A stretch of DNA of 64,000 bases from Chrysomallon squamiferum (lineage: Eukaryota; Animalia; Mollusca), in assembly GCA_012295275.1 (NCBI GenBank), contig CM022673.1, forward strand, positions 16,430,001 through 16,494,000. Direction: 5' to 3'. Below, in pieces: positions 55,103 through 64,000 of this stretch (positions are counted from its first letter, which is position 1; each line of letters starts with the position of its first letter). The notes beneath the pieces are model-generated. The model did not search any database and had not been told where the DNA came from. It was given only the letters and a program-made list of their open reading frames with translations. The position numbers and the translations under genes were made by a program.

Positions 55103-55296
55103 AAAGAACATAGAAGGAAAGAAAAGAATAATCCAGCCTTGCTCCTTCCTGGCCTGAGAACCGTTGAAAGTAACGGACCAAGGTCGTTCACATGAACGAG
55201 ATTGTTAGGAACACCAAAGCGGAACGAGATGACAACTTCTTGCAAAATAACTTGATAAATAAAGCAAAAACAAAGTCGATATTAGTTTCTTTTATT

Positions 55297-58200
55297 ATGG
55301 CAGGAACTTCAGAGACAAAAGAGAGCCCGATATTACATGTGGTTGTTATTGGATTTCATCACAAAAAGGGCTGTCAGGTATTATAAATAGTTTATAATGC
55401 TATAAATACTTGTCATATCGTACATTTAGTCATTTCTTTCGCTAGTACTAGTACTATTGAAGATCCTATTGTAGAAACCTATCACAGAATAAAAAATTAG
55501 TCTAAAGGCTGAATATATATATATTTTATATATTTGTTTAGACAGAGTCTAGACTAAAGCGGAAATAAATAAAAACATAATTAAAGAATGTTTTGGATTA
55601 ATTGAAAACATTTTTTGGGGGGTGGGTGGGTACTAGTTTGCATCAAGATCAAAATAATAGATACACTCTATTTAGATAAAGAAAAATATTTTAATAGTTT
55701 TATGGTAAATTATATTTATTCTTTACTTTGCATATTTTGTGTTAGAACTGAATTTCTAGTAACTTTTTAAAAACGTATTTTAATGTAAATTTAGTTTTAG
55801 TATTGAGTAACATTAATTATTATTACTTTTGATGTTTATTGTTTAAGATATATCGTGATAAAGTTAATATTTTATTATAATGTTATGGTATTTTTATTTT
55901 TATTTTTAAATTTGTTTACCTATTCTTATTTTTTTAAATATATTTTTATAGGTTGAATATTCCTATCCACCTCTGATTTCTGGAAATGCTGTTGACAGTC
56001 ATGACTTGCCAAAAGAATGGAAACATTTACCATCTTTAGCTCTCCCTGATGGAGCTCATAATTTCGAAAAAGGTTTGATCTTTAATATACATCTAACTAA
56101 ATATCAAATACATCGTAATTCAATTCAGTTTCTGTTAAAATACTAATTCTGGTTAATTTGACACAAATTTTTGTATAATAAAACCCCCACTCTTTAACAG
56201 ATAACTTGGAACTGATGGCTTGTGAAGTTAGTAGTGGATTAATATTTTAGTTTTTTAATATTTAATTTGTTTTTTCATCATATTTGACAGATACAGTGTT
56301 TTTTCATCTTCCTGCACTGGATGGAGAGAGAAAAACTATATATGGTGTTTCCTGTTATAGACAAATGGATGCAAAAGTAAGTATTAAATTATAATTTGTT
56401 TTTAGATAAAATCTGAAACATTTCTTAGTTAAAAATACAGCCAGTTTATATTGAAGAATATGGCCTGTCTTTCTATGTATTGAAAATTACGTAACTCAAG
56501 CAATTTAATATATATGTTTTAAATATTTTTGTTAACTTTTTAAAATGTTTTTATTTTATTTTTAAAGCAAATTAAAAATAACAAGACTGTCAAAGGTTAT
56601 GAATTTTTTAGGATTTGTTGAATAAAACGGCTGATGTTACTAGAAGTACTGTTCAGAAAAGTGTTTGTGTTCTCAGCAGACTTGTAAGTAACCACACAGG
56701 TTTTTACTTACTCACCTTCATACTAAGAAAAACCAGCAACTTACATTTTCACAAAAATGAGTTTCTTGATGTGATTATATTGTCCTAAATGTAAAAAGTC
56801 AGTATCTATTGGTTTGTTATTTAATTTTTTTTCTTCTTTCTAATGAGTTGTTTCGCATGCACACAAGAAAGGACTAAACTTTCTAAAGCTTCCTTATTAT
56901 AATATTGTTTATTATTAACAGACATTGGTACTTAAGATATAATAATATCTGGAAATAGACAAAAGGCATTTCGACTGTATGTTTGATCATCAGATCTTTT
57001 AATCTTTTTAAAAAAAAAAATCTTACAACTTGTAGTAAATTTTATAAATATATGAATTAGATATGCACATGTTAAATTTTCATTATGTTTCCAGCCTCTT
57101 TTTGGTTTGATTGAGGCAAAACTTGAGCTGATTACACATGCATATTTTGACGAGCGTGACTTCAGCAAAGTGAAGATACTTCAGCAGATTTACAACAATC
57201 TGAGTGATTGTCTCTCAGAAAGTGATCTCGATGGATGTCAGGTTTTCCTTGGTAAAAATACTTTGTCTGAATCAGAAATTCTGTGAACTGTTTAATCACA
57301 AGTTTAAAAACATTTTATCTTTTTAAAAATGTTTGATCATAATCACTTTAAGAGCAATTCATCAGAATCAGTCACTTAAAAACAATTTTACGAGAACCAA
57401 TTATTTTAAAAGCATTTTGTGACAAATCTGCTAGTGAATGGTGAGACAGAACCAAAGAGAAAAGACTTTTGCAAATAAATTATTTTTATTAATTTTGTAA
57501 TGCTTCATATTTAAATGCTTGATCTGTAATTGATATACATTTAAAGATTATATGTTATTTTGTAATCTTGATTGTGAAATTGTAACTTTCATGGCAAATA
57601 CCAGCAGTGCTTAAATTTATTTAAGAATAAATATTTTTCTGATTTCTGAAGAATATTGATATAATGTTTTTTTTAAAATCAAAATCTATTTTTTTTAGGT
57701 CTTTCAGCTCGGCAGGCAGTTTATCTTTTCAAGCATAAAATAGTTTTACTTTTCAAGTTGATTCTTCTAGAGAGAAAGGTTTGTTCTTCTAGAGAGAAAG
57801 GTTTTGTTTTAAGAGTTTGTTTAGCAATCCATTTTTTATATATAGATAGTTCTTCTAAGTTATCTTCAAAAAACTAATACATTAATAACAAGGATGTATT
57901 GTTTTTCAAATTCTGCTTGAAACAAAGGAGGAGGAAAAAGGAAAAAGTAAACAAATATACATATATATGTTACTGAACCTTTCATTATTTACAAGGAAAT
58001 AATCAACAAGGAAATATGGAGTGTATGAACTTTCAAGTGTTTTGAAAAAAGAAAAAAGTAAAACATCTTCATGTTTATTACAACAGTGCTTATAACCATT
58101 TGTTTTTTTTAAAGAATAAATTCTTTGATGTATTTTAAAAAAAAATTAAAATAATTTATTCTTTTTAAAACAATTATTTAAAATATTATTTATGTTATTT

Positions 58201-60890
58201 ATTAAATTATTAGTTTTGTCTTATTTTGGTCTTTTTTTTTAATTTTAATTATATTATATATTCAGGTTATTTGTTGTAGTTTTTTTTTAAAAATTTCTGA
58301 CAATTGTTTTTTTGTTTTTTTGTAATAAAATATTATTTTTATTGAATTAATAATCAGTTATGATTTTTATTATGATTACAGGTTTTATTTTTTGGCTCAC
58401 CTGTTCAAACCCTGAGCTCCACTCTACTCTCAGTTCTTTCACTGTTTCCAGGTATTATAATTATATTATTTTCATCATAATTTCGAAATTTTCTATCCCT
58501 TGTCTACAACAATATCCTATATCATTCTCCATTTCTTTCATTTTTCAATTTTCTCACTTTCTCTTTCTCTCTCTTTGACTCTTTATTAGTGTTTATCTCT
58601 CTCTTTTTTCCCCATGCTCACTGTCCTTCTCTCTCAGTTTCTGTTTTAATTATAAATTTAATTTTTAAACATAATTTCACCAGGAATGATAGAGTTTGGA
58701 CTGACAGAATCTGCTGTAGAGAAGTCTCAGTTGCTTTCCTCTGACATGCATGTGACTAAGGTTGACGAGAATGCTGATGATTCAGAAGGATTTTTAGAAG
58801 TTAAATATATCTCAGACTCGTTCAGTACCAATTCAGCATTGCCTCAAGTCCTTATGCACATGCATAATACAGACAGACACTGCAGCACAAGTGAAGAGCC
58901 ACAGTCCCCAATCATTCCTCGTGGTGATCCTTTAGATCTCACAAACAATGAGCCAAATTCAACTGACTCAACAAGTGCACTGACTGCAAATGTGGATGAT
59001 TCAGTGAAACATGATTACAAACAAAACAAACCACTCAAGTTGACCATTGTTACCGATTCAAACCCAAAGTCAAAAACAAAAGTTTCTGTTTCGCATTCTG
59101 AACATGCCAGAGTTCACAGATCACATTCTGGAAGTCGCGATAATTTTAACAAATCAAACAGTGCTAATGGAAGTAGTGCTGATGATCTGGGTGGTTTGAG
59201 AAAACACTCCCATACTTTGGAATCTCAAATTTCTTCAGGGTCGTCGGACATGGGAGAAATTGTGTACTCCAAAGAGGAGAGCCCGCTAACCAACATGGAT
59301 GAAATTATTCAAATTGAGGCTGTACAGACAGGGAAGACATTGCCCAATGATGCAGAAAAGATCAAAGAATATTCCACAGAGATTGAACTGGCAAGCACAC
59401 CTAACAACAGTTTCCTTGACAATAATTACCAGGTTGTGAAGGAGAAAGATTCTCCATTAGCTTTGAAAAGAAGTGAGAGCTTTGAAGACTTGGATTCTCC
59501 TGAGAGTATTTGTCGAATTGACAGAGAAGATTGTTTTTCTTGGGAAGAAGATCGAGCGTTGCTCACAATAGAACCTGACCTTGACCTGAAGGAATCCAGC
59601 GGAGAGGAGAAAAATGTTCCCAGCGTTGATCCTGCTGTGGAAAAGATTAAACATACGACCATAGAAAAGAACATAGTGAGTGATACTGTTACTGAAAGTG
59701 TTTCTGAAAAAGGAGACAAAAGTGAAAGATCTCCAGGAGGAAGCAGGATTAAAGCTGCTGCTCTTAAGGACAAACTTTCTTCAGCTTTTGGAAATGTGCA
59801 CAAAGAGAAGTGGAAAATAAAAGAAGAGACAATGATTGAGATGGATGAAGTCAGCAATACACCTCTTCTGCAACAAGACCAATATGGCTTCCCTCTTGCA
59901 GTATTTACTCAGGTAAAACTTTAAGTAAAAAAATGTAAAAGTTGGAAATTACAATTATTCCATGGTATTGTTTAATTTGCCTAGGAAAGGAAATAAATTA
60001 TTAGAATTATTGTATTAAGAATACTGAGTTGTATTTTTAGCCATTAAAAGAATTTTAGATCTATTTATTTAGAAGCTTGTACCTACGAAAGTTAAGTTTA
60101 AATATGAAAAAAAGAAAGAAAAAAATTAATAATAATAATAGTAATAAAAATAAAAATTAATAAATAATAATAAAATGAAAATGAAACAAACACTTTGATT
60201 GTTTGTGTTAAAATGTTTATCTTATTGTAATTAATTGACAGTAATCAAAAGACCATTTTAGATACTGCTTTTTACTTGGAATAATATTGTATAGTTATTA
60301 ATAGAATTTTAATCTCATTAATGACACATAAGTTGACTATTCCTAATTTCTGATTTAAGGGATATGTATGCTATCCATACTTAAGTCTTCAATACCACGA
60401 CATTCTTCACAACGTGAATCTTCGAGGTTTTGTCATTGGAGCAACAAACATTCTTTTCAAGCAGAAACGAAATGTTGTAGATGCTGTTATAGAGGTAAGT
60501 TAATCATATCAGTGAAGTTTGTTTAATAAATAACATCCAAGAGTTTTTCTCAGATTAAAATAAAAACCTCTTTTTTTTCTTCTTAGATTCTTAAATGTAA
60601 TTTCAGTGATGCAAAAAACAATTTAATAATGATTTTTGTTCTTAAAATCTAGTCTGAACAAAAATAATTTACACATAAACAAACAAACTAAACATAAATA
60701 GAAAATAAACATAAAGAAGGAAATTAAACTAGGCAAATAAAACTTTATAATGAGCTGTTCCAAAAACAAATGTCTATTAAAATAAATAATTGTATTTCAT
60801 TTCTGCTAATCAGATTCAAAGTTAATTTATTTTTATAAAAATAAATAATTATAATATAAATTAATAAAACTAATAAAAGCTAATCTAATA

Positions 60891-60929
<39 letters not shown>

Positions 60930-63567
60930 CTGTAAATTTGTTTTCATCAATACTATTGTCTTCAGAAATTATTACTATTGCTATCATCATTGATAATATT
61001 TATATTTGTTTAAACAGGTATCTGATGGTAAGATAGGAATACATGATCGTGAAGTACAGAAGCAAGTTCACTTGACGACTGCTGACCTGCGTTTTGCCGA
61101 CTGTATAGTTAAAGGTGTACTTGGAGATGACAACAGTTTGTTTGTAGGTGGTACTGGTAAGTTACTAAAAAAAAAAATTAGAGAGTTTTCTTTAGACAGC
61201 TGAGACTAAAAAAAACCCCAGTAATTCAAAATTGAATGAAAATATATTTGTTCTCATAAACAGAAATAAGTAATAAAAAATACAAAATACATAATATGAA
61301 AAACAAAGTAAAATACAAAATAATAAATATGTTTGGATTTGTGTTTGTGTTTGAAAATTAAACGGAAAAAACATTTACATAGTAAAAAATAATTTTTGCC
61401 ATTAATTAATACTTATTAATTTATTTTACACCATGCACCAGTTTGTGATTATCAGCTTATTTCTGTTCATAAATTTTGATGTTATTTACATATTTTATAA
61501 TACAAAGTTTAAAAAAGAAATTTTATAAATATTTTAATTATATTTTTAGAATGGGAAGGTGGAGATGAATGGTTGAGAGCTCAGTTTAAACTTTATCTAC
61601 AGTGTTTGTTAGCCTCAGTCAGTCATTCAGGTATTACAATCTGTTAGAGAAATATATATCTGAAATAACAGTATGAGATTAAAGCCGAATATGGGGATCT
61701 GTTAAATCAGAAAAAAAGATGTTAATCTATAATTTTTGTTTGCCTCTGTCAACCTGAGGCTACTTAGTTGTTTGAAAATAATTTTTTATATATATCAGGT
61801 GTAAAATGAGCAGGGTAATAAATAGGTTTTTTTTATTATCTGTGTTTGATTATGCCAGATCCTCAGACATGTACAGATTATTTGAGAATATATAGTTAAA
61901 TAACTGTATAATCATAGCAGAATCTCACACTGTGCATTATCTACAGTATGTGCTAGACATTCAGGTACTTACAAACTTTTTGAGAATTATATATCTTGAA
62001 TAACTGGTGAAATTGTAACATTTTATAGCTGAATGTTGCAATCTGTTTAAATTTGGGATTGTAGGAGGAAAAAAGGCAATGCAAGTATTTTATTCTTGTT
62101 TTGTGAGTAAGATAATATGATATGGTTTTATGTGGTTCAGTAATGTTTTCCTACAATATAACATTAATGGATTTCCTTGTTTTTTTCATTACCTTATTGC
62201 TAAGAATATTTAATACAGGTTTCCAATTTAACATTAATACTGTAACCAAATATATGAGTGATATATTAGATAATTGTTAATAATAAAATGTTTTTCAGGT
62301 TAAAATTAAATTGTGTTTTTTTTTCATTTCTGTTTTCAGATGTAAAGGCAGTAGATGATTTTGGTAATCATTTTGTTCATGCCTGGAAAACAACTTACAA
62401 CTTTAGACAATGGAACAGAAAGGAACACACAGGCATGAAGGATCTCCCACCAGGGTTTGTTTTTGTGTTTTTCTTTAATCTGTAAAAATATTGTTTTTTG
62501 GTATGAGTCTTCAGTTTATCAATTTCCAGGATTGTAAATGTATTTTGTGTGTGTGTGTGTGTGTGTGCATGCATGCGAGTGATAAAATTGTATATTTCAT
62601 TAACATTTTGATTCAGTATTTGAATTTTATTACATTAATTATTTTTCTTTCTTGTTAAAAATATATTAACTATTTTATATTCATATTTACAAACTAATGG
62701 TATCCTTTTAACAATATATTATCTTAAAATAGGTTTTAAGATTTAATTTTTAAATTTTCATTAACACAGTTAAATAATACCTTTCTGAATTAACAAAATT
62801 ACAACATGTTCATTAAGGACAAGATTTTTAAGATTCATTTTATTTATGAGTGTTTTTTTCTCCAGACATCCATGTGGTGGTAACTTGAATGTAGCAGATA
62901 TTCGAATGAAGTTAGCACAGTGAGTGATTTTAAACCAAAAAACATTTTAAAAAATGTATGTCCCAAAAGGATAGTAGGTAAATAAGATTATATAAATCAG
63001 AAAAAGATGATAATCTAAAATAATTAAAAATTTAAAAGACATCTTATAGAAAATTAAAGTTCAGTGTTATTTATAAAAAAGAGATTAAACAAATATGTTG
63101 TTTAGCTGAGATCACTAGAGGTAATGAGTGTTTGTGTTGCAGTACTATGCAGAACACTGAGAGAGGTAAAAGGCTGAATGCTGCAGTGGTGCAGACAGGA
63201 AAGTATGTTGTACAAACAGGAAAAGCAGTAGGTAAGTTTTTTAAATAATCATTGTAATCATTTTCTTCAAGGAATTTTTAAAATTCTTTGGTTCCTGCAC
63301 ACCTTGATAAATGTTAGTTTTCTGGCAGTGGCTGCTGCATTCCTGGCAGTCAGTATTGTTTAAAAACAAAAATCTTCAGTGTTGTCAGAGTTTATTATGA
63401 GGGATTTTTAAATTGGTATGTGTTCTGTCGTTTTCACTAAAAATGTATTATTTTGTTTTATAGGAGGAGCATTCAACCATGCCAGGTCAACTCTGACTTC
63501 TTGGTTTAGCAGTTTCACTCCAGACAAAAACTCTGAGAAGAAAGAAGAGGATGGAGAGTCTAGCTGA
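55297..63567 (+). CDS. AVL9: Late secretory pathway protein AVL9 homolog (DENN-related), 15 exons, ~870 aa
   Basis: Exons 55297-55377, 55952-56072, 56291-56376, 56612-56683, 57095-57251, 57699-57778, 58382-58451, 58684-59912, 60360-60494, 61018-61156, 61550-61630, 62340-62454, 62866-62919, 63143-63231, 63464-63567 (2613 nt). Motifs: PILHVVVIGFHHKKGCQVEYSYPPL, LALPDGAHN, YGVSCYRQ, TRSTVQKSVCVLS, DQYGFPLAVFTQGYVCYPYLSLQ, GATNILFKQ, LTTADLRFAD, WEGGDEWLRAQF. Confidence 0.96.
57762..57805 (+). repeat. 22-bp tandem duplication of an AVL9 exon end and splice donor
   Basis: TTCTTCTAGAGAGAAAG|GTTT at 57762 and again at 57784. Confidence 0.9.
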
Positions 63568-64000
63568 TAGCAGAACAAATGTGACGTATTTGTACCAATC
63601 GGACTAACTATAACATCGAGAGAACAGATTTGAGCAGCCAGAGTTTACAAATATTGTGATAGCTTTTCACTGAACAGATTGATTGTATTAAATAGAAAAG
63701 CAAGGTTGGCACATGTTGAGGTTTTTCTTTAAAATTTTAGTGTTTTGTGGTGAAAATAACTGATGATTGTCAATTTAATTTACCTAAAAATAGTTCAGGA
63801 AATGCATTCTTGTTTGTTAAAAAACGAATGGATTTAATACAAGCATAATATCATCAAATATGAAAAAAAATTCTTTGTTTGTCTCAGTTCTTGGCATCTT
63901 AGAAATCACAAATATTTGATTTATTGTATTTTCTCACATTTCCAAAATTTGTTTCTTGGAATGAGTTGTTTTCATTTTTATTTTGAGAAATTTTATAATA

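Noticed and set aside
59426-59857. 143-aa minus-strand ORF
   Set aside because: It is an antisense shadow of the large AVL9 exon 8.

Overview
AT-rich, intron-dense eukaryotic DNA from an invertebrate animal. The gene set and composition suggest a lophotrochozoan such as a mollusc, but that is inference. I built six complete protein-coding genes by hand, checking splice phase at each junction: FoxN1/4 (-, 5 coding exons, ~457 aa), a single-exon CCHC zinc-finger orphan (-, 551 aa), Crk (+, 8 exons), Nup210/gp210 (+, 44 exons, ~1901 aa), INTS12 (-, 7 exons, ~503 aa) and AVL9 (+, 15 exons, ~870 aa). Mobile DNA comprises a 260-bp hAT-type MITE with perfect TIRs and an 8-bp TSD, a decayed hAT transposase relic, and weaker relics. 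No rRNA, tRNA or CRISPR was seen. The most notable signals are: (1) a FoxN UAG-C stop followed by a stem-loop and 25 open codons, a candidate for stop-codon readthrough; (2) four separate local duplications of splice sites in Nup210 and AVL9, one of which creates a possible in-frame 6-nt microexon; (3) a U12-type intron in Nup210; (4) the CCHC-finger orphan with a CTCF-like site at its 5' end. All were found by eye and none was confirmed by database search.
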